Shown: positions 1 to 11,816, numbered from the stretch's first letter. The stretch: 57,042 bases of DNA from Spartobacteria bacterium (GCA_043758065.1 JAYVOE010000079.1:1-57042); one strand, 5' to 3'. Program-made: numbers and translations. Notes: a model not told the origin generated them from the letters alone.

Positions 1-215
1 CAAACACAGTTTGGGAACGAGGAAATTCCAGGCTGCCACTCGTGCCCTCGTTCCCAAACTGTGTTTGGGAACGCACTTGGTGGCCCAACTGTGTTGGGCT
101 GGACGTCCGCACTCACCTGCTGCGTCAAAGGCATGCCCCCGTTCCCAAGCTGCCCCTCGTGCCCTCGTTCCCAAACTGTGTTTGGGAACGCACTTGTCCC
201 GGCAACTGCGTTGCC
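1..215. repeat. REP family A cluster downstream of RAYT
   Basis: Palindrome CGTTCCCAAAC-TGT-GTTTGGGAACG at 1-21 (partial), ~45-76 and ~162-193; the two full copies are followed by secondary hairpins (83-99, 201-215). Confidence 0.92.
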
Positions 216-230
216 TTCGTCGCTCCGCTT

Positions 231-764
231 TCACCTCCAGCCGTCGCATTTCAACACAGGCTGCGCACCTGCCAGCCATTCATGTGCTGACGAGTAGCGC
301 CAGTGTTCCGGGTGCGTGACCCACCCGCGCTTGACCGGGTTTTCGTGAATGTAGGCGAGCTTTTGTTCCATCATTGCGTCGCTGGAGATGGACTGCGGAT
401 GCACGCCTTCCTGCCAGACTTGATGGCGGCTGGCGACTTTGTGCGCCGCTTTGTAGTAGCCGAGTTGGTTGAGAAGCCAGTCGCGTCCCTCGGCGCGGAG
501 TTGTTCGAGGAGGACACGGGCGGTGTGGCGTTTAAGGGCGGTGATGGTATCTGCGAGGTTTGGTCCGCTCACGATGGCGTGGAAGTGGGTGTCGAGGATG
601 ACCCAGGCGTGGAGTTGCAGGCCGCGATGTTCCCGGCAATGGAGGAACGAGGCGACGAGGAGGTCGGCACAGGCGCTGGTGGCGAGGACGGGCAGCCATT
701 CGACGATCGTGCCGGTGATGAAGTGGGACCGGTGCGTTTCGTTAAAGCGATAACGCGTGCGCAT
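231..764 (-). mobile_element. REP-associated tyrosine transposase (RAYT, HUH/Y1 family)
   Basis: From ATG 764: FITGTIVEWLP, HUH motif (DTHFHAI), YIHENPVK..W..WRYSS; REPs on both sides. The longer track ORF (to 890) reads through REPs. Confidence 0.9.
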
Positions 765-780
765 GCGGACCAGAGTGAAG

Positions 781-885
781 GGCAACGCAGTTGCCGTGAC
801 AAGTGCGTTCCCAAACACAGTTTGGGAACGAGGGCACGCAGTTGCCGTGACAAGTGCGTTCCCAAACACAGTTTGGGAACGAGGG
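781..885. repeat. REP family A tandem pair upstream of RAYT
   Basis: Two ~51-bp units (GCAGTTGCCGTGACAAGTGCGTTCCCAAACACAGTTTGGGAACGAGGG), inverted relative to the 162-215 copy. Confidence 0.92.
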
Positions 886-1070
886 GGCACGAGGGGGCGG
901 GAAGCCAGACGAGAAACGCTCGGCGAGTGCCGCGCACGACGCCCAACTCATGGATGATTTGGTAGCCGGTGAGTGCGTTGGCCGTGGTAGTGAGGATGGT
1001 TGGCTGGGCGGGGTTCTTGAGTCGAATGAAAGTCGGGTCTGTTTTTTAGCCGAATTGTTCCGACCACCGC

Positions 1071-2078
1071 TCAGAGCTGTTCGAACTGGGTCATGGCTCG
1101 GAAGAGGTGGTAGCGGGTGTCGATGTCGGGGTAGGCCAACGTGCGGAGGCGTTCGAGGGAAAAAGCTTCGACGTTGTAGCTAGCCAACGCGCTGCCGTAG
1201 ACGACGGCGCGTTTGAGGTCGGTGAAGGGGACGCTGCCGGGGGCGCAGCTCGGGTCGGCGGGAAGGCTGGCGAGGTAGCCAGCGACGCCTCCGGCAAAGG
1301 TGTCCCCCGCGCCGGTGGGGTCGTGGATGTCTTCGAGGGGGTAGGCGCCGCAACTGAAGAATTCGTGCGTTGTTTTTCCCGAGGCGCTGTCGCTGGTGAG
1401 GCCGACGGGGGTGGTGGTGCTCGAGTCCGTGGAGTCAATGCCTCGGCCGAAGAGGAGGCAGCCGTGTTCGCCTTTTTTGATCGCAACGTAACTCGGCCCT
1501 AGTTTTTGGATGGCGCGTCCAGCTTTGATGAGGCTGGTTTCCTGGGTGAGGAGGCGGGCTTCGCTGTCGTTGAGGATGAGGAGGTCGACGCGCCGCAAGA
1601 GGTCGAGCAAGTCCGCATGGGCGATGTTGATCCAGAGGTCCATGGTGTCGGCGATGATGAATCGGGGCCGCTGGATTTGGTCGAGGACGCGACTTTGGAG
1701 CGCCGGGGCGATGTTCGCCAATAGGACGATGTCGGGGGTGCGGTAGGCGTCGGGGATGGTGGGGGTGTAGGTTTCAAATACGTTGAGGGCGATGGAGCGG
1801 GTGTGGCGGATGTTGAGGTCCCACTCGTATTCGCCGGTCCAGCGCATGGTGTCGCCGGGGGCTTTTTCCAATCCAGTAAGATCGATATGGCGGGAGCGGA
1901 AGTAGTCGAGGTGGGCTGGGGGAAAGTCGGCCCCGACGATGCCGACGAGGTGGACGGGGGCAAAGAAGCTGGCGGCGACGGCGGCGTAGGAGGCGGAGCC
2001 GCCGAGGAGGTCGTCGTGTTTTTCAACAGGGGTGATGACGGAGTCGAGTGCGATGGAGCCGACGATGAGGATAGACAT
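1071..2078 (-). CDS. PfkB family carbohydrate kinase
   Basis: GSIALD, GGSASYAA, C-terminal DPTGAGDTFAGG signature. Confidence 0.9.
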   Translation of the reverse strand: MSILIVGSIALDSVITPVEKHDDLLGGSASYAAVAASFFAPVHLVGIVGADFPPAHLDYFRSRHIDLTGLEKAPGDTMRWTGEYEWDLNIRHTRSIALNVFETYTPTIPDAYRTPDIVLLANIAPALQSRVLDQIQRPRFIIADTMDLWINIAHADLLDLLRRVDLLILNDSEARLLTQETSLIKAGRAIQKLGPSYVAIKKGEHGCLLFGRGIDSTDSSTTTPVGLTSDSASGKTTHEFFSCGAYPLEDIHDPTGAGDTFAGGVAGYLASLPADPSCAPGSVPFTDLKRAVVYGSALASYNVEAFSLERLRTLAYPDIDTRYHLFRAMTQFEQL

Positions 2079-2083
2079 GGGAG

Positions 2084-2716
2084 TTAGATGGGATTCAGGA
2101 GTTGTTTAAGAGAGCGGGCGTAGTCGGCGAGGTCGGGGGCCTGGAGGAGGCCGGAGACGATGACGACGCGGCGTGCTCCGGCAGCGAGGACGGTGGGGAG
2201 GTTGTCGAGTTTGATGCCGCCAATGCAGAAGATGGGAGTGGCAGTGGATTGGTGGACGGCGAGGATGTCGTCGAGGCCGATGGGGGTGTAGTCGGGTTTG
2301 GTGGGGGTGGCGAAGAGGGGTCCGAAGCCGATGTAGTCGGCCTCCGCCCCGGGTGCTGTGGCGACGATGGCTTGGGCGAGGGAGTGGGTGGATTTACCGA
2401 TGAGAGCGCCGGGTCCGGCGAGGGCGCGGGCTTCGGCGACGGTGAGGTCGTCCTGTCCGACGTGGGCGCCGGCGGCTCCGGTGGCGGGGACGAGGGCGGG
2501 GTGGTCGTTGAGGATGAACGGGATGCCGGCGTCGCGAAAAACAGGGGCGAGTTGCAGGGCTATCTCGGCAAATTGGTCAGTGGGGAGTTGTTTGGCCCGG
2601 AGTTGAACGATGTCGATGCCACCGGCGATCATGGCCTGGGCGACGGGTTGGATGTCGCTGAGTGCGATGTAACTCAGGTCTAAAATCCCGTAGAGCGTGG
2701 CGTCGGCCAGAGTCAT
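2084..2716 (-). CDS. thiE: thiamine-phosphate synthase
   Basis: VQLRAK, ILND, HVGQDD, STHS, DYIGFGPLFATPTK, IGGI motifs. Confidence 0.93.
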   Translation of the reverse strand: MTLADATLYGILDLSYIALSDIQPVAQAMIAGGIDIVQLRAKQLPTDQFAEIALQLAPVFRDAGIPFILNDHPALVPATGAAGAHVGQDDLTVAEARALAGPGALIGKSTHSLAQAIVATAPGAEADYIGFGPLFATPTKPDYTPIGLDDILAVHQSTATPIFCIGGIKLDNLPTVLAAGARRVVIVSGLLQAPDLADYARSLKQLLNPI

Positions 2717-2729
2717 GCCGCTCTGTTTT

Positions 2730-4085
<1,356 letters not shown>

Positions 4086-4123
4086 CGGGGCTACTTTTGA
4101 TGCGAGTGCGAGTGCAATGGGCG

Positions 4124-4576
4124 CTACTTAACGCGGAAAAGCGTCTGCCCGAACTGGACGGGTTTGCCGCCTTCCGCTGCAATTTCGGTGATCGTGCCGC
4201 GACATTCGGCTTTGATTTCGTTCATCACTTTCATCGCCTCGATGATGCAGACGACGGTGTCCTCGGTGACTTCGTCGCCCACGGTAACGAAGGGAGCGGC
4301 CTCTGGCGACGAACAGGAATAAAACGTGCCGACCATGGGCGAAACGATTTCTTTTCCGGTGAAAACGGACTTGCTCTCCACGGCCAGAGCGGAGGCTGCG
4401 GGTGCCGATGCGGCGGGCGCAGCGACTGGTGCGGGAGCCGGGGCGGCGGTGTAAGTGACAGCGCCTTCGGAGCCTTTCTTCAGCGTGATTTTGAACCCTT
4501 CGTTCTCCATTTTGAAGACCGAGAGGTCGTTTTTCTTCATTAAATCGATGAGGGCTTTGATGTCTTTGAGTTCCAA
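4124..4576 (-). CDS. accB: biotin carboxyl carrier protein
   Basis: [17 protein letters not shown] biotinyl motif, Ala/Pro linker; probable TTG start at 4576. Confidence 0.95.
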   Translation of the reverse strand: MELKDIKALIDLMKKNDLSVFKMENEGFKITLKKGSEGAVTYTAAPAPAPVAAPAASAPAASALAVESKSVFTGKEIVSPMVGTFYSCSSPEAAPFVTVGDEVTEDTVVCIIEAMKVMNEIKAECRGTITEIAAEGGKPVQFGQTLFRVK

Positions 4577-4698
4577 AATGTGTTCTCCGGTTAAAAGTCG
4601 AATGGGGAGGTTAAAGGGCAATTAGTTGGCAGGTCAAGAGTTTCGCTTTTAGAGGGGATGACGGCCGGTTTTTTCAGTCGAGTTAGAGTGAAATCTGC

Positions 4699-5586
4699 CT
4701 ATTGAGCGGAAGGCGGAACTTTGAAAACAACGACCAGCGGACGATGATCGCTCGCCTCGTTCCAATTTGGCGGCGATGCGATGTGCGATTTCGCCGCAAG
4801 GACATTTTTGGTAGCAGCTGGACTCGTGAGCACGTAATCGATCCGCGAATAGCTGTCGGCGATCTTCCAATAGTGCGTCCATTTTTCGCCGTTGGCGTCG
4901 CGTAAATCGACTGGTTGGAGGTAAACGGGCGTGCGTTTCTGGCCGATGATCTCGCGGATCGGAGCTTCGTTCGGCGTGTCGTTCAGATCGCCATAAACAA
5001 TCAGGCGCGCGGCGGGGTTTTCCTGGAGAATGGCCTTCGCGTGCAGTCGCAAAAGATGCGCTTCGCTCCGCCGAATGAGCGATTGATCCTCGGGAACGTC
5101 GCGCCGACTTTTCAGGTGAGTTCCAACGAAATGAAGCGAATAGCTAGGAGCCACGTCGACGGTGACGTCGAGAATTCCACGTTTGAAATACTGCTTTTGC
5201 CCACCGAGATCGAAGGAAAGATGGGCTTGGGAATTCCGCGAGGAAATGGGGAATCGACTGGCGAGGGCGACGTGACGATCGGGGTCGAGCGCCTGGACGT
5301 ATTCGATGTGAGGAAGATCGACGCCAGCGGTTTTCAGTCGAGTTAGAAGGTTATGAAAATCATCCAGTGAGCCCATTTCGCAGACGCCGATGATGTCGGG
5401 CTTTTCCGAAGCGATGATGCCGACGAGTGCGGCGATGGCGCGATCGGGTTTCGGAATATTCGCCGAGGAGTTGTCGCCAGATTTGGACGTGAAATAGTTC
5501 TGGAGATTGTAGGCGAGAAAGCGGATTTCCTCGGCAGATGCCGTGCTAACAACTAACGCGACGAGTAGGCAAAGGAGTTGTCTCAT
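4699..5586 (-). CDS. secreted endonuclease/exonuclease/phosphatase family protein
   Basis: Signal peptide; YNLQNY, HLKS, GDLND, RIDY, SDHRP motifs. Confidence 0.88.
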   Translation of the reverse strand: MRQLLCLLVALVVSTASAEEIRFLAYNLQNYFTSKSGDNSSANIPKPDRAIAALVGIIASEKPDIIGVCEMGSLDDFHNLLTRLKTAGVDLPHIEYVQALDPDRHVALASRFPISSRNSQAHLSFDLGGQKQYFKRGILDVTVDVAPSYSLHFVGTHLKSRRDVPEDQSLIRRSEAHLLRLHAKAILQENPAARLIVYGDLNDTPNEAPIREIIGQKRTPVYLQPVDLRDANGEKWTHYWKIADSYSRIDYVLTSPAATKNVLAAKSHIASPPNWNEASDHRPLVVVFKVPPSAQ

Positions 5587-5588
5587 GC

Positions 5589-5617
5589 AAAAAAGGCTCG
5601 TTAAAAAACGAGCCTTT
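5589..5617 (-). terminator. intrinsic terminator after tatA
   Basis: AAAGGCTCGTT-loop-AACGAGCCTTT hairpin with T-tract on the minus strand. Confidence 0.75.
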
Positions 5618-5652
5618 GAGCGAGAAAAAAAGTGAGCGGAGTTAGATCGAAC

Positions 5653-5892
5653 TCAGGAAGGCTTGACCGTGGCTTCCTGATCTTTCGCAGGTTGAGCAGC
5701 CACCTCAGCCGGTGGTGGATTGTGAAGCTCGCGCTGAAATTCGTCCTTGGCCTTTTTAAATTCATGCATGCTCTGGCCGAGGCTGCGGGCGAGTTCCGGG
5801 AGTTTCTTGGCCCCGAAGAAAACGAGGACGAAAAACATGATGACCATGATTTCGGGCCAGCCGGGAGCGGAGAGTGCGAGGAGTGAGTTCAT
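5653..5892 (-). CDS. tatA: twin-arginine translocase TatA/E
   Basis: PGWPEI..VFFGAKKLPELARSLG..EFKK; start could be 5907. Confidence 0.92.
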   Translation of the reverse strand: MNSLLALSAPGWPEIMVIMFFVLVFFGAKKLPELARSLGQSMHEFKKAKDEFQRELHNPPPAEVAAQPAKDQEATVKPS

Positions 5893-6014
5893 AGGGAAGG
5901 TTATCATGGGTCAGGGGTTTGAAAAGCGGGATTGTTACAGAGTAGTTCGCAGCCATTCCGGGAATGGACGCCTTATTCCATTTGAAGGAATGCTAGTAAC
6001 TGCCATGCACTCGG

Positions 6015-7157
6015 TCAGGGAGCTCCCGCATGCACGGCACGGAAGACAGCCACTTGATTCGAGAGTATTCTCAGTGAGACCGAATAGAAAGCCCCAGACC
6101 TTGCTGGGATCCGCCATACTCGAGATGCCTTGGCCGCTTGAGCATTGAAGTTGGAATCCGGCACAGAGGCAAAACTGCTGTAGAGATACAGATTGCAGGC
6201 CGTCGTTTGATCGATAATCTGCACCGTCGCTTTCACCGTTAGTTGCCGCGGGGCAGGCGCTCTCGCAGACCCCTTTCTTATGGCGGGCGTCTCACTCGTC
6301 ACGCTGGTCGAGAGTCTTACCGGCAACGTGTCGTGATAATGATCCTTCACCCCTGTTATTGCCATTCCGTAGTTACGGCAATTGCTATTGAGCGAATAGA
6401 CGGGGCTCCGCGGATCGTTAGCCACCATCCGAGTCGCCGCGAATGATCCAAACATCGAACTGAAAGCAAAGGGCGGCACAGAGGTTGGAGCCCACAAGCC
6501 GTTGTCGCTGTAGTAGAGCGTATCAGTGGCGGTATAAACGCCGGAGGTCGGAAGCAACGGCGACAACGATACAATGCCATTGACCGGAACGATGTGATCG
6601 TAATCACTGTCACCCGCAGTTACATCCGGGTCACCGTAGAAATGATACTGATTCATCAGCAGTCCCATCATCACCGGATGCCCCTGCAGCACCTGCTGTT
6701 TCACCCAAACCAAAAATTGCCCGGTTGTCGATTGAGCAGCAGTATTCCATTTGTTTGCTTGCAAACGCATCCCTGATGCCGCTCGCGCCGCATTCACGCC
6801 AAGCAGGAGCTGGCTGTTGATGTCGTTTTGGGCAAGCCTTGGGGACGCCAAGGCGCGCGCCTGATACTGCGAGCAATACTGACCGAAGAACAGGCCCGCA
6901 CTGATGAGCGACACCTCCCCGCAATACCCATAGTTCGCATCCCATTGCAATCTCGGCGGCATGTCCAGCGAAACGGAGACCCCTGCGTCCACGGCCTGTG
7001 CCGAGGAAGCTCCGAGGATGAGGCTGCTCCAGCCGATGCAGCGAAGAATCAGACACCTCGAAATCCAAGTCCTCCATCGGCCGTCGTTAGCGGCTCGCAC
7101 ACGCTTGATTCCGACTGGGCTAAGGTTGTTCAGGGCTGTGGTGAGCTGTGTTTTCAT
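6015..7157 (-). CDS. hypothetical secreted protein, possible papain-like (Cys-His) peptidase
   Basis: Hydrophobic segment ending SSAQA; QW..NYGYCGE and DYDHIVPV motifs; start uncertain. Confidence 0.6.
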   Translation of the reverse strand: MKTQLTTALNNLSPVGIKRVRAANDGRWRTWISRCLILRCIGWSSLILGASSAQAVDAGVSVSLDMPPRLQWDANYGYCGEVSLISAGLFFGQYCSQYQARALASPRLAQNDINSQLLLGVNAARAASGMRLQANKWNTAAQSTTGQFLVWVKQQVLQGHPVMMGLLMNQYHFYGDPDVTAGDSDYDHIVPVNGIVSLSPLLPTSGVYTATDTLYYSDNGLWAPTSVPPFAFSSMFGSFAATRMVANDPRSPVYSLNSNCRNYGMAITGVKDHYHDTLPVRLSTSVTSETPAIRKGSARAPAPRQLTVKATVQIIDQTTACNLYLYSSFASVPDSNFNAQAAKASRVWRIPARSGAFYSVSLRILSNQVAVFRAVHAGAP

Positions 7158-7676
7158 GCGGTAATATATGGTCGATCGACGGGGTGTCCGTTGAACCGTT
7201 AAACCCATTATGCGGATGGTTGGTGATTTGTAACTAGGCAAATCGCGGCAGGCAGCGGCACTCGTGGGTGGATTAAGCATTTTTTCCGCCCTGCTCCGGG
7301 AACCAGCCACGACCGCACTCTCTTCATCAGCCAGTTTTACAGGCTGTATGCATAATGCTTCATCTTTCATTTGGACGGGGGTGTTCCCCGCCATCACTAC
7401 GCAAATGCACCGCGATGGCCGGCTGATCTCGACGCCACGGCTCGTCATGCCGAGGCACATAAGAAAGAATGCGCTGCGCCCGGAAAAGATTTCGTGTTTT
7501 TCTTCAGAATCCACTTGCGCACGATTCCTTTGCATCTATTATTTCGGCCCCCGCGCTTGGTGGGCAGAGTAAATCAGAGCCGCCAAGGCGGTCTTTTTGT
7601 CTCTGGACGCCAGCCCGGAAACGAATTTCATCAAGCCATTTTAGTCACCTCAGTCACTACCCACACCAGTTAACAG

Positions 7677-8096
7677 ATGCCAACCATCAACCAGCTCGTC
7701 AGAAAAGGCCGTTCCAAGGTTACGGTGAAATCCAAATCACCGGCGCTCGTGAATTGCCCGCAGCGTCGTGGTGTTTGTATTCAGGTGATGACTCGCACGC
7801 CCAAGAAGCCGAACTCCGCTCTCCGTAAAGTGGCCAAGGTTCGTCTCACCAATGGCCAGGAGGTCATCGCTTACATTCCAGGTGAAGGTCACAACTTGCA
7901 GGAGCACTCGATCGTTCTCGTTCGCGGTGGCAAGGTGAAGGATTTGCCGGGTGTTCGTTACCATATCGTTCGCGGAACGCTGGACGCTCTCGGGGTGGAC
8001 GGCCGTCGCCGTAGCCGTTCCAAATACGGCGCGAAACGTCCGAAGCCAGGTCAGCCAGAAGCGACCAAGGGCAAAGGCGGCAAGGGTAAAAAATAA
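7677..8096 (+). CDS. rpsL: 30S ribosomal protein S12
   Basis: [19 protein letters not shown]. Confidence 0.99.
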   Translation: MPTINQLVRKGRSKVTVKSKSPALVNCPQRRGVCIQVMTRTPKKPNSALRKVAKVRLTNGQEVIAYIPGEGHNLQEHSIVLVRGGKVKDLPGVRYHIVRGTLDALGVDGRRRSRSKYGAKRPKPGQPEATKGKGGKGKK

Positions 8097-8142
8097 GCGG
8101 AGTTCCAGCGCACTCTAGTTTCTCACTTTCAATTTTCTAACA

Positions 8143-8616
8143 ATGTCTCGTCGTCGCAAAACCATTCATAAAGAAGTCAAAGCAGATGGCCGTTATGGTT
8201 CTTCTGAAGTGGCTGCACTGATCAGCACCATTATGACTGGTGGCAAAAAATCAGTGGCCGAGCGCATCGTTTATGGTGCGATCGACAAGAGCCGCGAAGG
8301 TTCGGATATTGTCGATCCGCTCGAAACGCTCCACAAGGCGCTCGAAAACGTGAAGCCTCGACTCGAAGTCAAATCCCGCCGCGTCGGTGGCGCGACCTAT
8401 CAAGTTCCGATGGAAGTTCCTCAAGCCCGTCAGGTCGCTCTTGCGATGCGTTGGATTGTTGGTTTTGCGCAAAAGCGCCGTGGTATTTCCATGACGGAAG
8501 CTCTTTCAAGTGAACTCAAGGATGCAGCCGCTGGTCAGGGCAACGCCATCAAAAAGCGCGACGACACTCATAAAATGGCTCAAGCCAATCGCGCTTTTGC
8601 TCATTTCCGTTTCTAG
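8143..8616 (+). CDS. rpsG: 30S ribosomal protein S7
   Basis: SRRVGGATYQVP, HKMAQANRAFAH. Confidence 0.99.
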   Translation: MSRRRKTIHKEVKADGRYGSSEVAALISTIMTGGKKSVAERIVYGAIDKSREGSDIVDPLETLHKALENVKPRLEVKSRRVGGATYQVPMEVPQARQVALAMRWIVGFAQKRRGISMTEALSSELKDAAAGQGNAIKKRDDTHKMAQANRAFAHFRF

Positions 8617-8624
8617 ATTTTTCT

Positions 8625-10793
8625 ATGTCCGCCACGCTCGAAGCCAAACCAGCCTCCAATCCGAATTCTCCGGATCGCGCGTTCCCGTTGGAGCGCACGC
8701 GGAATATTGGTATTGCCGCCCATATTGATGCGGGTAAGACCACCCTCACCGAGCGCATTCTTTTCTATACCGGCATGATCCACAAGATCGGCGATGTGCA
8801 TGATGGCAATACCGCTACGGATTGGATGGAGCAGGAGCGTGAACGGGGAATTACAATTACCTCGGCAGCGACGACTTGTTCCTGGTTGCAAAAATCTGAG
8901 GAAGGCGTCTACAAGGCTTTCGACGGAATCAAGCAGCGGATAAATATCATCGACACCCCGGGCCACGTGGATTTCACGGCCGAAGTGGAGCGTTCGTTGC
9001 GTGTTTTGGATGGAGCAGTTGCCGTTTTCTGTGGCGTGGCTGGTGTTCAACCGCAGTCTGAAACCGTCTGGCGGCAAGCTACTAAATATAATGTTCCTCG
9101 CATTGCATTCGTCAATAAGATGGATCGCACGGGTGCGAATTTTGACAATGCCATTAATGACATGCGCACCAAGCTGGGTGCTATTGCGTGGCCGGTTTTG
9201 ATTCCTTACGGTAAGGAAGACTATCTCAAAGGTCAGTTCGACGTGATCAATAAGAAAGCTGTCATCTATGTCGATGACGACTCGACTGGTTCTAAATATC
9301 TAATCGAAGAGATTCCTGAGGAATTCAAAGAGTTGGTGGACTCGGCTTACGACGATCTCGTCACGGCCATGTCGGATCTCGATGATGAAATTGGCATGGC
9401 TTACTTGGAAGAGCAGCCTATCACCATTCAAATGTTGAAAGCGGCCATTCGCCGTCAGACGATTGCGAACCGTTTTGTTCCAGTGGTTGGTGGCTCGGCC
9501 TTTAAAAACAAGGGCGTCCAATTCCTTGTTGATGCCGTTGTAGATTACCTTCCAAGTCCGTTGGATATCGAAGCGACGAAAGGCCTTAATCCAGACGATC
9601 TCACGCCGATGGAGGCTGCGACCGATGATAATGGAAAATTTTGCTCGCTTGCATTCAAGCTTTGGAGCGATCCGTTTGTTGGCAAGCTGGTTTTCTTCCG
9701 CGTTTACAGCGGCAAACTTTCCAAGGGCGACACAGTATATAATCCTCGTACTAACAAGCGCGAGCGCATCAGTCGCTTGATCCAAATTCAAGCTGACAAA
9801 CGGGAAGACATTGACGTTTGTTACTCGGGCGACATTGCCGCCATCGTTGGTATCAAAAATATTACGACGGGCGATACGCTTTGCGACGAAGATTATCCTA
9901 TCCTTTTGGAGCCGCCAACGTTCCCGGATCCGGTTATTTCCATGGCGATCGAGCCAAAAACGAAGGTCGATCAGGAAAAAATGGGCAATGCTCTTCAACG
10001 CCTGTCTGAAGAAGATCCGACTTTCAAGGTATTCACTAACGAAGATACCGGCCAAACCATCATTGCAGGCATGGGCGAGCTTCACTTGGAGATTATCCGT
10101 GATCGCATGCTTCGTGAGTTCAAGGTGGAGGCTAACTCTGGTAAACCGCAGATCGCTTACCGCGAAACCATCACGAAAAAAGCTCACGGAGTTGGCAAGT
10201 TGATCAAGCAGTCCGGTGGACGCGGTCAATACGGCCATGTGGAAGTCGATGTTCGACCGGGTGAACGCGGCAAAGGCTTGGTTGTCGAAAACAAGATTGT
10301 TGGTGGGACCATTCCCAAGGAATACATCGCTCCAACTAAGAAGGGTATCGAGGAAGCGGTTCTCAACGGCATCATCGGCGGCTACCCGGTGATCGACGTC
10401 GAAGTGGATATTGTTTTTGGCAGCTATCACGACGTTGACTCGAACGAGATGGCGTTCAAACTCGCAGCTATTTTTGCGATGAAGGACGCGTTTAAAAATG
10501 CTGCCTCGGTTCTCTTGGAGCCGATCATGAAAGTCGAGAACAGCACTCCAGAAGAATTTCAGGGCGATATCATGGGCGATCTCAATCGTCGTCGCGGCCG
10601 GATTAGCAGCATCGAGAATAAAATCAATCTCAGCATCATTAATGCAGAAGTCCCGCTTGCCGAAATGTTCGGATATGCGACAGCTATCCGCTCCCTCTCC
10701 AAGGGACGTTCGTCTTACTCCATGGAGCCTTCTCACTTCGAGCAGGTCCCAGCTCAAGTTCTAGCGGCAGTCATCGACTCGAAGGAAAAGTGA
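8625..10793 (+). CDS. fusA: elongation factor G
   Basis: AHIDAGKTT, RGITI, DTPGH, NKMD, KQSGGRGQY. Confidence 0.99.
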   Translation: MSATLEAKPASNPNSPDRAFPLERTRNIGIAAHIDAGKTTLTERILFYTGMIHKIGDVHDGNTATDWMEQERERGITITSAATTCSWLQKSEEGVYKAFDGIKQRINIIDTPGHVDFTAEVERSLRVLDGAVAVFCGVAGVQPQSETVWRQATKYNVPRIAFVNKMDRTGANFDNAINDMRTKLGAIAWPVLIPYGKEDYLKGQFDVINKKAVIYVDDDSTGSKYLIEEIPEEFKELVDSAYDDLVTAMSDLDDEIGMAYLEEQPITIQMLKAAIRRQTIANRFVPVVGGSAFKNKGVQFLVDAVVDYLPSPLDIEATKGLNPDDLTPMEAATDDNGKFCSLAFKLWSDPFVGKLVFFRVYSGKLSKGDTVYNPRTNKRERISRLIQIQADKREDIDVCYSGDIAAIVGIKNITTGDTLCDEDYPILLEPPTFPDPVISMAIEPKTKVDQEKMGNALQRLSEEDPTFKVFTNEDTGQTIIAGMGELHLEIIRDRMLREFKVEANSGKPQIAYRETITKKAHGVGKLIKQSGGRGQYGHVEVDVRPGERGKGLVVENKIVGGTIPKEYIAPTKKGIEEAVLNGIIGGYPVIDVEVDIVFGSYHDVDSNEMAFKLAAIFAMKDAFKNAASVLLEPIMKVENSTPEEFQGDIMGDLNRRRGRISSIENKINLSIINAEVPLAEMFGYATAIRSLSKGRSSYSMEPSHFEQVPAQVLAAVIDSKEK

Positions 10794-10833
10794 GTCGAGT
10801 TTCAACCTAATCATTTTCTAACACCCACTTTCC

Positions 10834-11145
10834 ATGTCTACTGGCCAACGCATACGCATCCGACTTAAAGGTTTTGATTACCGGATGTTGGACCAATCCT
10901 CCGTCGAAATCGTCGAAACCGCCAAGCGCACTGGTGCGCGGGTTGCAGGTCCGATTCCTCTCCCGACTCGGATCGAGAAGTTCACGGTGAATCGCTCGGC
11001 ACACGTCGATAAAAAATCGATGGAGCAGTTTGAAATACGCACTCACAAGCGCCTTCTGGACATTATTGAGCCGACGGCAAAGACGGTGGACGAACTTCGG
11101 AAGTTGAATCTTCCGGCTGGTGTGGACATCACCATTAAGATCTGA
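10834..11145 (+). CDS. rpsJ: 30S ribosomal protein S10
   Basis: [18 protein letters not shown]. Confidence 0.99.
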   Translation: MSTGQRIRIRLKGFDYRMLDQSSVEIVETAKRTGARVAGPIPLPTRIEKFTVNRSAHVDKKSMEQFEIRTHKRLLDIIEPTAKTVDELRKLNLPAGVDITIKI

Positions 11146-11162
11146 CCCCGCTGACTATTTTT

Positions 11163-11816
11163 ATGAGAATCGGACTTTTAGGAAAGAAAATCGGCATGAC
11201 TCGTGTTTACGACGAGAAAGGACATGCTACGCCTGTGACCGTGATCGCGGCTGGCGGCAATTCCCTTTTGCAGGTGAAGACCCTCGAGAACGATGGTTAC
11301 TCTGCGGTGCAGGTAGGGTTCGACACGCAGAAGGAATCACGCGTTCCAAAAGCGCAGTTAGGCCACTTTGGAAAAGCTTCTTCCGAGCCTAAGAAAACGA
11401 TCAGTGAATTTCGCCTGGAGGATACCGACGTTGTGAGTGGTGAATTGAATTTGAATGTTTCGCGTTTTCAACCCGGTCAGTTGGTCGATGTCATTGGCCA
11501 ATCCAAGGGTAAAGGTTTTCAAGGCGTTATGAAGAGACATAACTTCGCCGGTCAACCCATGACTCACGGACATACGACCCATCGTCGTAATGGATCGATC
11601 GGTAATCGTTCGACTCCAGGTCGCGTTTGGAAAAACATGGGCATGCCTGGTCACATGGGTGACGAGCGTGTCACCGTCCAGAATCTGCGCGTTGTTCAAG
11701 TTCGCGAAGAAGATAATGTGATTCTTGTTGCCGGTGCAGTTCCCGGTGCCAATGGCGGATACGTTGTTATTCGTCCTGCAATCAAAAGCGCAACTCCGAC
11801 TGAGGTCGCTATCTAA
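11163..11816 (+). CDS. rplC: 50S ribosomal protein L3
   Basis: GKKIGMT, SKGKGFQG. Confidence 0.99.
   Translation: MRIGLLGKKIGMTRVYDEKGHATPVTVIAAGGNSLLQVKTLENDGYSAVQVGFDTQKESRVPKAQLGHFGKASSEPKKTISEFRLEDTDVVSGELNLNVSRFQPGQLVDVIGQSKGKGFQGVMKRHNFAGQPMTHGHTTHRRNGSIGNRSTPGRVWKNMGMPGHMGDERVTVQNLRVVQVREEDNVILVAGAVPGANGGYVVIRPAIKSATPTEVAI

Noticed and set aside
1-215. REP cluster as a CRISPR array
   Set aside because: Copies occur in both orientations with irregular spacing, flank a RAYT, and recur as inverted doublets elsewhere; no cas genes in the window
11-965. Plus-strand ORFs with repeated LVPKLCLGTH / PSFPNCVWER peptides
   Set aside because: Translations of REP sequences or antisense shadows of the RAYT
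8090-8115. The GAGTT motif as a Shine-Dalgarno sequence or terminator
   Set aside because: It occurs in both orientations relative to genes and inside CDSs, has no fixed spacing to starts, and forms no hairpin
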